48,028 nucleotides of DNA, from NCBI RefSeq assembly GCF_001194135.2, contig NC_069003.1:2842289-2890316 (forward strand), in the 5' to 3' direction. Within the stretch, counting starts at the first letter, position 1. The number at the start of each line of letters is the position of its first letter. A program made the position numbers and the translations under genes. Source of the DNA: Octopus bimaculoides. Taxonomy: Eukaryota. The notes under the pieces were generated by a model. The model saw only the letters and a list, made by a program, of their open reading frames with translations, did no database searches and was not told where the DNA came from. Shown in pieces: positions 1 to 11,329 of this stretch.

Positions 1-32
1 TATATATTTCTGCCTACATGTTGAAGTATACT

Positions 33-88
<56 letters not shown>
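33..88. repeat. (TCTA)n microsatellite
   Basis: About 14 consecutive TCTA units read directly. Confidence 0.95.
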
Positions 89-89
<1 letters not shown>

Positions 90-1901
90 ATAACTTGCTC
101 GCTATCTGTCTGTCTATCTACCTGTCTATCCATCTAGCATAAGCATAAATATATATTCAAACAAGCAATATATATTCACACAGAACTCTTGTATCTCTCA
201 CGCACGTATATATTTATATAAAGACACGTACAATCGCGTTATACAACTCGTACTGACACACAACCTTAACATAACTGTATAAATACACACACATATATTG
301 GACAGCCTAAAATGTACGGATGACTGAAGAGGCATCTATGAAAAATCAGTGAGCCTAATGGTGCAAAGAAGAACAAATATTCTATTCTTCGTTTCATACA
401 ATTTTTTTTTAAATATATTTTTTCTTTTTATTGGTTCGTTCCAGTAAGTAGAGCTCACTGATTTCAAATCATGGAAGCGTGATGTCGTTATATATTTCCC
501 ATTGGAAGTTCAAAACTCTAATCAATACACAGTTAACAAGATGGCAGATACGTGTATGTCTGTCTGTTGTATTTATGTAAATCTGGAAATCTCTCTATAT
601 GAGGAGACATATTATAAAAGAGTAAAAAAGATGGTATTATGATATTATTGAAAAGCGAACAGGAGAATCTTACAAGGGGTCCGTTGTCGTTATCTGAACC
701 TGCTGGTTTAACAGAAATTCACTCTGCGAAAATAACTGAAAAGAAACAAAGAAAACATGGAATGAAGGACGCAAACACAAAATTCAAAATGGGAAGAGAT
801 CAAATGTATGTACAAATGGAGGGGAAAAGATATATTATATATACATATACAAACATACGTATACGTATATGTATATGTGTATATATATGCTTTTATGCAT
901 GTTTAGATTTAGATTTAAAATTCAATTTCTGCGTTGGAACACGAAGTAGATTAAGTCATATAAAAAAGCGTATATATNNNNNNNNNNNNNNNNNNNNNNN
1001 NNNNNNNNNNNNNNNNNNNNNNNNNNNNNNNNNNNNNNNNNNNNNNNNNNNNNNNNNNNNNNNNNNNNNNNNNNNNNNNNNNNNNNNNNNNNNNNNNNNN
1101 NNNNNNNNNNNNNNNNNNNNNNNNNNNNNNNNNNNNNNNNNNNNNNNNNNNNNNNNNNNNNNNNNNNNNNNNNNNNNNNNNNNNNNNNNNNNNNNNNNNN
1201 NNNNNNNNNNNNNNNNNNNNNNNNNNNNNNNNNNNNNNNNNNNNNNNNNNNNNNNNNNNNNNNNNNNNNNNNNNNNNNNNNNNNNNNNNNNNNNNNNNNN
1301 NNNNNNNNNNNNNNNNNNNNNNNNNNNNNNNNNNNNNNNNNNNNNNNNNNNNNNNNNNNNNNNNNNNNNNNNNNNNNNNNNNNNNNNNNNNNNNNNNNNN
1401 NNNNNNNNNNNNNNNNNNNNNNNNNNNNNNNNNNNNNNNNNNNNNNNNNNNNNNNNNNNNNNNNNNNNNNNNNNNNNNNNNNNNNNNNNNNNNNNNNNNN
1501 NNNNNNNNNNNNNNNNNNNNNNNNNNNNNNNNNNNNNNNNNNNNNNNNNNNNNNNNNNNNNNNNNNNNNNNNNNNNNNNNNNNNNNNNNNNNNNNNNNNN
1601 NNNNNNNNNNNNNNNNNNNNNNNNNNNNNNNNNNNNNNNNNNNNNNNNNNNNNNNNNNNNNNNNNNNNNNNNNNNNNNNNNNNNNNNNNNNNNNNNNNNN
1701 NNNNNNNNNNNNNNNNNNNNNNNNNNNNNNNNNNNNNNNNNNNNNNNNNNNNNNNNNNNNNNNNNNNNNNNNNNNNNNNNNNNNNNNNNNNNNNNNNNNN
1801 NNNNNNNNNNNNNNNNNNNNNNNNNNNNNNNNNNNNNNNNNNNNNNNNNNNNNNNNNNNNNNNNNNNNNNNNNNNNNNNNNNNNNNNNNNNNNNNNNNNN
1901 N

Positions 1902-1936
<35 letters not shown>

Positions 1937-2876
1937 ATATGTATATGTATGTATATGTATATATATATATATATATATATGTATGCATGTATAGTTATAT
2001 ATGTATATATGTATATATATGTGTGTGTATATATATGTATATATGTATGTATGTATGTATATGCTCATAAATATGTGTATTTATCGTTCTGGTTTTTGAT
2101 GGCGGTTACGTAACACAATATTATTCCATAGTTCTGAAGTGGAACTCACAATGAAAACTACCGGTGGAACTCGTGTTTGGTGCGAAACTATATAACGACC
2201 TTTATTGTGAATATCGTCTATATCAAATTTCGTTGTTTATACACACAAAGAAATACTCATACATATACATATACACACACATACTATCTACATACACACA
2301 AACACACAAATACACGAACACACAGACACATCCACACACGCGCTCGAGCACACACGTATGTATACACACACACACATACACACACACACACACACATTAG
2401 AAATAGGAACATTCTGATTTTGCATAGGGAAGGAGGCTCCGTTGAAGTACATCTGTTTAGAAACAGATTCTTCACATAAACCGTAATAAAACTTCTGCTT
2501 TGTTAAGCACGAACATGTATATATATATAAAAAAAATATCCCTTGGATATGTCACTCGAGCAACATTCATAGTAAAATTATCGATGAATTTACGCCAACA
2601 TCATGTTCAATAGAATATTCATTATTATACAATGTATACGAGCAATATTTCAAATGGAGACTACCTGTGTAGCAAACTGTAAGATATTTTATACGAATCC
2701 CATTTATATCAATCATGAGAAATATATCCATTGTTTGCATATTGAATAAAAAATTGCATATTGGGACAGATATGTTTCCTGTAACAGCATTACGTTTTGG
2801 ATAAATCCTCTTTTCTAAATTTATATTATATGTATAAAGAATGCACGTTATTTTAATTGTGTAAGTGAAGTAGATC

Positions 2877-2981
2877 TGCCACCTAGATGTGGCTGACCCA
2901 TAAGGGACGATGCTACTGTAGTTTTTAGCCCCAGGAAGACAGTAGCAACGTCCCTTATGGGTCATCGTCATTCAGGTGGCA
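2877..2981. other. Imperfect inverted repeat / hairpin (43-bp arms, 19-nt loop); MITE remnant or structured RNA candidate
   Basis: Left arm 2877-2919 TGCCACCTAGATGTGGCTGACCCATAAGGGACGATGCTACTGT. Reverse complement of right arm 2939-2981 is TGCCACCTGAATGACGATGACCCATAAGGGACGTTGCTACTGT. Confidence 0.9.
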
Positions 2982-3062
2982 ATTATACTTCACGATATCG
3001 TGCTGTTACTGTTTATATCTCGCTCAGAGATTTATTATATGTGTGAAACTTGTATATATATA

Positions 3063-3225
3063 GGCGCAGGCGTGGCTGCATGATAAGAAAATTGCTTCCC
3101 AACTACATGGTTCCGGGTTCAATGCCACTGCGTGGTACCTTCGGAAAGTGTCTTCTCTTATAGCCTCGAGCCGACTAAAATCTTGTGAATGGATTTGGTA
3201 GACGGAAGCTGAAAGCCGGTCGTAT
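3063..3225 (+). mobile_element. tRNA-derived SINE, family A, 5' half
   Basis: GGCGCAGGCGTGGCTGCATGATAAG head, B-box-like GGTTCAATGCC, and body ...TTGTGAATGGATTTGGTAGACGGAAGCTGAAAG, matching copies at 24561, 43087 and 46099. Confidence 0.9.
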
Positions 3226-3238
3226 ATGTATACATATA

Positions 3239-3715
3239 CAGGGGTTAATGGAAATAATAATGGAAACACTTAAATAATGGAACAAAATAATGGAAACACT
3301 TAAAATCTCAAACAAATATATTTTAATATGGGTAGGACCGCCTTTGGCTGTAATTACAGCTTGAATTCTACGAGGTTTGGACTCGTACAAAGATTGAATT
3401 GCTTCCAAAGGAATTCTTGTCCATTCTTCAGCTAAAACAGTCTCCAGTTCTTGTAGTGATGATGTGAAGGATATCGATTCCTTACATGTTTTTCTAAAAT
3501 GCACTAGAAATGTTCAATAATTTTGAAATCTTTGGACTGTGGTGGCCAGAAAAAATGTTCTACTTCACTAGAATGTTCCTCGTACCATTCTGTAACAACT
3601 TTCGCTTCGTGAATTGGTGCATTATCATCCTGAAAGATTGTGTTTCGCCCCGGAAACCGTTCGTAACTATAGGATGAGTTTGATCAGATAAAATGCTTAA
3701 ATAGTCTTCACTATT
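3239..3715 (-). mobile_element. Tc1-like DNA transposon relic, transposase C-terminus plus 3' TIR, DD36E spacing
   Basis: Minus-strand translation across 2 frameshifts and 1 stop: NSEDYLSILSDQTHPIV..FQDDNAPIHEAKVVTEWYEEHSSEVEHFFWPPQSKDFKIIEHF*..SSLQELETVLAEEWTRIPLEAIQSLYESKPRRIQAVITAKGGPTH. The end reads TA|CAGGGGTTAATGGAAATAATAATGGAAACAC (TA target plus TIR-like terminus). Confidence 0.9.
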
Positions 3716-4190
3716 TGTATCTGAGTGTGCGCGTGTGCCCATGTATGTTTGTTTCTTTGTGTGTATATATGCGCACAAAAGCTGACAGATAATTGCCTAA
3801 AATAGACAATTTAAAATTGCAAAACAAAACCCCCCCAAAAAACAAGAAATCATTTAAACACACAATATTCCGTAGCTTTCGTAAGAAAATATATTATCTC
3901 ATCAACGTTTATCTTCTGCAAACAACTAATGAAACGCTGCCATTTTCTACCATCTCATTGGTCAATAACTCATATCTATGACCTGTTTAACGTATAATAA
4001 CTGATGACATATCGCTTTACAAAATGGCGACTTAGATATGTGTGTACATATTCGGTGGCAATGTGATAAATCATATTTACTATAGCTGTCTACTTAGCAT
4101 TGCTAGGTTACATCGTTTAGTATTGTCTCCGTGCTGTATTGTTCGGGCGTATACGAATAATCTCTCTCTTTGACGTTTCTGAACAGGTTA

Positions 4191-4197
4191 TATATAT

Positions 4198-4258
<61 letters not shown>

Positions 4259-4329
4259 CACACATACACATATCTATATATATGTATATATATATATATG
4301 TATATATATATATGTATATNNNNNNNNNN

Positions 4330-4419
<90 letters not shown>

Positions 4420-4420
4420 T
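4191..4420. repeat. Compound (TA)n/(CA)n microsatellite around a 10-nt gap
   Basis: Read directly. Confidence 0.95.
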
Positions 4421-4611
4421 ACATATACAAACACACGCACACACATATGTATATATGTGTGTGTGTATATATACAGATATACATCTCTATCTAGATGTTT
4501 ATTATCAATCTGTCTATACATTAATTTGTCTCTCCCCTGACTCTCTGTCTGTCTTTCTTTCTTTCTCTCCCTCTGTGAGTGTGTATATATATATGTATAT
4601 ATGTATATACG

Positions 4612-4659
<48 letters not shown>

Positions 4660-4771
4660 GAAAAAAATTAATTAAGGTACTCAGAAATCTGGATGTTTGT
4701 ACATTTACAGATTTTTATTAATGTCACATATTAAATAAAGCGCTTTTCACCTAGTCGTGTAGGTTTTTCAA

Positions 4772-4834
<63 letters not shown>

Positions 4835-5728
4835 AATGTTTACGTGTGTGTGTGTTTGTGTGTGTGCGTTTGCGTGTCCTTGTTTATTTATGCATGTGTA
4901 TACAAACACTTAGATACATATAAATCGTTGTCGTGTGTCAAAGTCTACGAGTTCTTTGACGACTACTGTCTAGTTTCCTGACAGATTGGAAGTGATTATC
5001 TTGCTTGACTGAAGCGCTAGAAATGGACCCATGTCAACTTCGCTGACGAGTGCAGCAGGTTCTGAGAGATAACATAGAGGAACAAACTGTCGAATGGAAT
5101 TCAATAGGAATTTTATTTCATGGAGAATGGAATGATGTAACGCAAAAGTGCGTTCAGTAAGAATTGACTCGAGAATGGACAAATAAGGCACGAAAAAAAT
5201 AATGCAAGTTTTCTAGTGGCTGTTATATTGTTGATGTTCTAAATATAATATTTGTCATCGTCTGCTGTAATGAATCAATGGTGATGATGACCTGGATGCT
5301 CAAATATAATACGGACTCTGCTGTACTCATCCCAAGGATGTTGACTCTTATGTTAGAATCATGTGATTTGTGGAAACGCGTGTAGTGATGTATTAAATAT
5401 TTATAAATTCTATCCTAGAATTATGATATATCTATATATATGCAGTCAATTGAAGGATGTCATATCCGCATTAGGTATTAATAAATCCAAAATTTCATTG
5501 GTTTAGCATCTATCACATTAGAAGAAAATCACTACGATGTCTTATGGATTATTATAATAGGTAAACTTAATGAGGTAAGAAAACGGTAAGTTGAAGATGT
5601 ATAAATTTATTTGTATCATAGGTTGTTGTTAAGATTTAAATACAAATTATTATTATTAAATAGTAAATCGGTTACGTTCTATATTATTAAAATTTATTGT
5701 TAAATTAATGACTAAATATATGGGTAAA

Positions 5729-5898
5729 TATCTTTTCTACTCTAGGCAGAAGGCCTGAAATTTTGTGAGAGGGCGCCAGTCGAATAGATCGACCCCAGTA
5801 CGCAACTGGTACTTAATTTATCGACCCCTGAAAGGATGTAAGGCAAAGTTGACCTCGGTGGAATTTGAACTCAAAACGTAAACTCGGACGAAATGTTG

Positions 5899-5901
<3 letters not shown>
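5729..5901 (-). mobile_element. SINE family B (tail type 1), 5' end lost in (TA)n
   Basis: TCGACCCCAGTACGCAACTGGTACTTAATTTATCGACCCCTGAAAGGATG..GGAATTTGAACTC is the reverse complement of the 17070/18498 copies. Tail (reverse complement) GCCTAGAGTAGAAAAGATA. Confidence 0.92.
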
Positions 5902-5960
<59 letters not shown>

Positions 5961-6295
5961 GTATACACATATATATTTATATAAATACACACATACAGAG
6001 ACTGAGACACATAAACACCCACGAATATATGTATAATCACACATACATAGACATAAACACACCCACCCACGCACACACACACAACACACACACAAACAAA
6101 CAAACGAATAATGAATATACATTCAACACCGCCATGACAGATGAATAGAATAGAATCGAATCGAATGGAAAAGAGTAGAAAGAAAAACTTTCCGTGCAAT
6201 GTGTACGAAGGCTTTTTTCCACAAGACTAGATGGATTGCTAAAAGAAAGTCTATTCTTTTGTAAGTGAAACCTATTATATTCTAATAAATTTCAG

Positions 6296-6376
6296 GTTAT
6301 TTTTCATGAAACTCAAGACAAGTGCTTGGCTATTTTCGAAATGTTTACGGCTTTACGTATCATTTGTTATGGAGAC
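6296..6376 (+). CDS. Candidate 81-nt internal exon (VIFHETQDKCLAIFEMFTALRIICYGD), unknown protein
   Basis: Acceptor CTAATAAATTTCAG|G, donor GAC|GTAATC, phase 0-0 and open. No homology recognised. Confidence 0.2.
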
Positions 6377-6543
6377 GTAATCATGAGATAACAGCTATAG
6401 ATTCTGAAATGCTTGTTCACGTTTATTCATTCTACTGGGTGCCCATAGGTCTGAGTTTAATGGGTGTTTAGTTTACTCAAGCTTGATATGTATGTGTGTA
6501 TGTGTGTATGCATGTATATGTATGCATATATAGCATATGTATG

Positions 6544-6578
<35 letters not shown>

Positions 6579-6579
6579 T

Positions 6580-6614
<35 letters not shown>

Positions 6615-8266
6615 NNNNNNNNNNNNNNNNNNNNNNNNNNNNNNNNNNNNNNNNNNNNNNNNNNNNNNNNNNNNNNNNNNNNNNNNNNNNNNNNNNNNNN
6701 NNNNNNNNNNNNNNNNNNNNNNNNNNNNNNNNNNNNNNNNNNNNNNNNNNNNNNNNNNNNNNNNNNNNNNNNNNNNNNNNNNNNNNNNNNNNNNNNNNNN
6801 NNNNNNNNNNNNNNNNNNNNNNNNNNNNNNNNNNNNNNNNNNNNNNNNNNNNNNNNNNNNNNNNNNNNNNNNNNNNNNNNNNNNNNNNNNNNNNNNNNNN
6901 NNNNNNNNNNNNNNNNNNNNNNNNNNNNNNNNNNNNNNNNNNNNNNNNNNNNNNNNNNNNNNNNNNNNNNNNNNNNNNNNNNNNNNNNNNNNNNNNNNNN
7001 NNNNNNNNNNNNNNNNNNNNNNNNNNNNNNNNNNNNNNNNNNNNNNNNNNNNNNNNNNNNNNNNNNNNNNNNNNNNNNNNNNNNNNNNNNNNNNNNNNNN
7101 NNNNNNNNNNNNNNNNNNNNNNNNNNNNNNNNNNNNNNNNNNNNNNNNNNNNNNNNNNNNNNNNNNNNNNNNNNNNNNNNNNNNNNNNNNNNNNNNNNNN
7201 NNNNNNNNNNNNNNNNNNNNNNNNNNNNNNNNNNNNNNNNNNNNNNNNNNNNNNNNNNNNNNNNNNNNNNNNNNNNNNNNNNNNNNNNNNNNNNNNNNNN
7301 NNNNNNNNNNNNNNNNNNNNNNNNNNNNNNNNNNNNNNNNNNNNNNNNNNNNNNNNNNNNNCCCCCTCTCTCTCTCTCATTCCCCTCTCTCTCTCTCTCA
7401 TCCCCCCTCTCTCTCTTAATCGTTTTTTATGAACCCTCTTCCTCTACCATACGCAGTTCCTGTAGTTCCCTCAATTTATAATTACCGAACTGGAAACCTT
7501 GTTCGAGAATTACAAACTGTACAGTTCTTCAGGAACTGTTATTATTAACGTTTAACACCGAATCGTCTATTGTTAATCCTATTCAGGAATCGTACATGTA
7601 CCTAGACCCATCGCATCGTTTTATTTTTTCCAGTCTAGGATACCACGTTATCCAATCCGTACCCACGTTTTTATGACATGTTGACGATCGGTTTGCTACT
7701 TTTAGTATGTGATTGAATCCTTGGCAGCAGCCTTAGAGACGATTGTGCTACTTTGAAGGCGAAACTCGATCAACAGCGTAAATGCTTTTTGTAAGGCTCG
7801 GTCTGTGTCAAAGATGTACAAGATCGCATGAATGTTCCTAATATGTTTCTCACCATGGCGTAGACATTAGTTACTCCACATTACTCCGTCAGGAGTATAG
7901 GACTGGATTCCAGGTTTCTTTGGCGTATATATTCCTCCCTTGACAGGTTACCGGATCATGGCAGGATTATTCAGTTTAACCAATCTACCGTATTTGTACC
8001 TGCCCTTGTGGCCTACTTAAGCGATAATGTTAATCATTCGACCGATACAGTGCAGTCATGTGGTGCTCGTGTGCCAGTGTAGGCTCTGTCCTGTTCCATG
8101 GTTTCGGGACATCACTGTGGATTGATGATGCCTCCTCCTATTCATGTACATCCAATACAACTATCAGACGCTAGATTTCTTCTTCGCAAAGTGACGTAAA
8201 TATATATGCATGTTTGAACTCTCTCTGTCTCTTTCTGTCTGCTTGTCTGTCTGTCTGTCTGTCTGC

Positions 8267-8298
<32 letters not shown>

Positions 8299-8425
8299 CC
8301 GTCTGCCTATCTTTCTGAATGTGTGTGTACGTATTTATTCTCTATCTGTATTTATATGTATGCACATACACACACGCACGCACGCACACACATATCTATA
8401 CACTATATTCATATGTATATATATG

Positions 8426-8462
<37 letters not shown>

Positions 8463-8990
8463 NNNNNNNNNNNNNNNNNNNNNNNNNNNNNNNNNNNNNN
8501 NNNNNNNNNNNNNNNNNNNNNNNNNNNNNNNNNNNNNNNNNNNNNNNNNNNNNNNNNNNNNNNNNNNNNTATATATATACATAGAGAGAGGTAGAGTGAG
8601 AGTAACAGATAAATAGTTACACAGATAGATAGATAGACGGATGTTTCAAAATATTGAATATTTCATTTCCTCTTGTGTAAAGATGTCAATTTGTTCGACG
8701 CTCTCTTTGACAATTATTGTCTCCGCCTCTGCCCTTTCTACACGCGTATAAAAGTCACAAGTTGTTTTAAACTTTCTCTTAGAACTTCATTAAGCTTTTG
8801 AAAACATCAAAGAAACATCTTAGGCACGTTTGTTATATATATATATAGAACTCTGTGTGTGTGTGTGTATTTTTAGATATATTTTTGTTCTATACGATAA
8901 TTACCATTATTTTTTTTGTTATTTGTTAAACTTTTAGTTTTATTATTATGACTAGAAAACATCAAATTCATCGCATCATTAATTTCATAT

Positions 8991-9039
8991 CCGCCATTTT
9001 CTTTTCTTTACTGCGTCGCTCAATTCATGACTTCCGGTG
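8991..9039. promoter_or_regulatory. Adjacent YY1-type (CCGCCATTTT) and ETS-type (ACTTCCGGTG) motifs; putative promoter/enhancer
   Basis: CCGCCATTTT at 8991-9000 and ACTTCCGGTG at 9030-9039, in a locally CpG-richer, non-repetitive patch. Confidence 0.35.
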
Positions 9040-9586
9040 CCTAAGATGTGTATCACGCTGCGCTGAAGAAAAGCTAATTTGGCCATTTAAAATCCTGCGG
9101 TGCTTCTTTTTGTCTAATAGCGCTAAGTGGAATAAACGTGTTTGACCACATGCCGTGTTTCTGACAGATTCTCTTATACATTTTCAATGATTTCAAAAAC
9201 AAAGATTTTAGTATGCACAATAATCTCATCAGTAACGGAGACAAACATCTCCTGACTGAAGGAAGTCTATAGTCAGAATAAATTACTAAAGTCGCGTTGT
9301 TAGTGCTTCTAAAGTCGAATTTAAAGGATTGACTTTCAAAGAACTGGTGGGGGGTGGTTACAATTTATCGAATGTATTTGTATCAGTCTTGATGTGAGCT
9401 AGATTAAACATGTCCACAGAATGATTAATCGTATGAATATCAACCTGCTATTTATGTAAGAGAAATCAATGGCCTGTGTGTATGTATCTAATCGGACTAC
9501 ACTCTTAATATATCTACAGGTTTGGCACTTGGAGTCTCGGCTATTACAATCGTCATCTTGTATATGTACCAGACAGCTGCTCATAC

Positions 9587-9682
9587 CATATGTCATCTCC
9601 CAAACACTCTGAACAGACTGTTTCTCCGCCGTACAACTACGTGAAGGCGAAGTGGGGCTAACTGACGTGGTTATTTGACCAG
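9587..9682 (-). CDS. Candidate 96-nt symmetric phase-1 exon (xGQITTSVSPTSPSRSCTAEKQSVQSVWEMTYx), unknown protein
   Basis: Minus strand TTGTTGCTATTCTCAG|CTGGTC...ACATATG|GTATGA. Length is divisible by 3 and only one frame is open. Confidence 0.3.
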
Positions 9683-9902
9683 CTGAGAATAGCAACAACG
9701 TCTGTCTCAAACCAACTTTCTATTGTGTAACAATTCAAAAATGCATAACGTATATTTATTTAGATTTAAATGTATTTATTTTATATCGCAGCTGGTGAAT
9801 GGTAGAAGTCTGTTTTTTTTTTCTTCAGCGTAAACCTAACATAACCCGTTTGTTTGTATTTTACCTCATTAGTTTTCTTATACACACAAACACACACACA
9901 CA

Positions 9903-9943
<41 letters not shown>

Positions 9944-10185
9944 GCACACATACACGCACACGCACATGCACAGGCATGTATTTCTGAATGTATGTATTCT
10001 GGAAAATAGGAGCTATATTTCCTCAAATAACATTTGACGCTCTTAAAGTAGAGACGACATATTGTTCGAGCAAAGCCCTTTACGCTATAATTCAATCTGT
10101 AAATAGAGCAGCTGGATTAATATAAATTGTAGCTTATAATCTGAAATTTAGCACATTTTTTCCAGTTCGTCTCCTTATTTCAGCC

Positions 10186-10391
10186 AATAATATTGGTTTC
10201 AAATTTGGCACAAGGCCAGCAATTTCAAGGGAGGAGGTAAGTAGAATACATCGACCCCCAGTGCTCAAGTGGAACTTATTTTATCGACCCCGAAAGGATG
10301 TAAAGCAAAATCGACCTCGGTGAAATTTGAACTGAAAACATGAATGTCGCAATATATCTATTCCGGCGTGCTCACCATTCTTCCAACTGGC
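10186..10391 (-). mobile_element. SINE family B (tail type 2), near full length, diverged
   Basis: AATATTGGTTTCAAATTTGGCACAAGGCC..TTTATCGACCCCGAAAGGATG..TCGACCTCGGTGAAATTTGAAC, homologous to the other B copies. Confidence 0.9.
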
Positions 10392-10939
10392 AAGCCGTTT
10401 TCCAGCCTATAATATCGAACGATGGAAATATTGGATAATGTAACATGATATATTTTCGATTTGATGGAAGATTTTGCGCTGCAATGTGCTCGTTATATTG
10501 CTCAAAGTTGACATGGGGCTAAACAAAAAATGTTTAAAATCTATAATAAGAGCAACGATGGTGATGACGAAGAATAAACAAGAATATTTGTGTAGAACAG
10601 TCTTCGAGTAACTTTTGACTTGAAGACGATTTGAAGAAGAAAAAAAAAACTGCAGCTATTAACAGCAATATTAATGGAAAAATGAAGAAAACTGATAGCG
10701 TGATTGAATCACATGAGGAATTATAAAATATTTAACTGTACTTTATATGTCAAGTGATTTATCAAAATACATAATAAATGTATAAATGTTGTGGCATAGC
10801 GTTATTTCTTTTTCAATTTGCAGAGACATCTGTTTTAAATTATGTGTATGAACACACACACACATACACATATACAATCACACACACAGAGGCACACTCA
10901 CACATGCACGCACACATATACACATACACATATACACAC

Positions 10940-10970
<31 letters not shown>

Positions 10971-11169
10971 ACTATATATATATATATATANNNNNNNNNN
11001 NNNNNNNNNNNNNNNNNNNNNNATGTACAGATTTTAAAGATAAGAGTTTCTTGCTTTTAAGACATGTGACTAGTAAGATTTTTATAACTTGCATCGTCTT
11101 CACAGCAAGAAACAATTAGCAGATTTTATCCTTAAATATATATATATATATATTTATCCTTAAATATAT

Positions 11170-11313
11170 AAATCGGCCGATTTTGTATGGCAACTGAAGG
11201 AGAATAACATTAATTGGTCCATAGTTAGGTACGCCAAACCATACAATATAATTTCCAGGAGATGCCGTCTCTGCTCCGAGGAATCCCTGTCTATTCTGTA
11301 GCTTAACGAGAAG
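11170..11313 (+). mobile_element. Penelope-like retroelement relic, C-terminal Cys-containing region
   Basis: Translates to KSADFVWQLKENNINWSIVRYAKPYNIISRRCRLCSEESLSIL*LNEK, matching from memory the PLE C-terminal pattern WxLK..I.W.I...A.PY......C.LC..E. Confidence 0.7.
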
Positions 11314-11329
11314 ATCATTAATATTTTGT

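Noticed and set aside
449-553. 105-nt plus-strand exon candidate (ELTDFKSWKRDVVIYFPLEVQ..)
   Set aside because: The first AG after the tract gives stops in all frames, so it needs a downstream AG; no homology recognised.
2567-2971. 134-aa minus-strand ORF
   Set aside because: It overlaps the hairpin and AT-rich sequence; composition is non-protein-like and no domain was recognised.
8747-8754. TATAAAAG TATA-box match
   Set aside because: Expected by chance in AT-rich DNA; no supporting elements.
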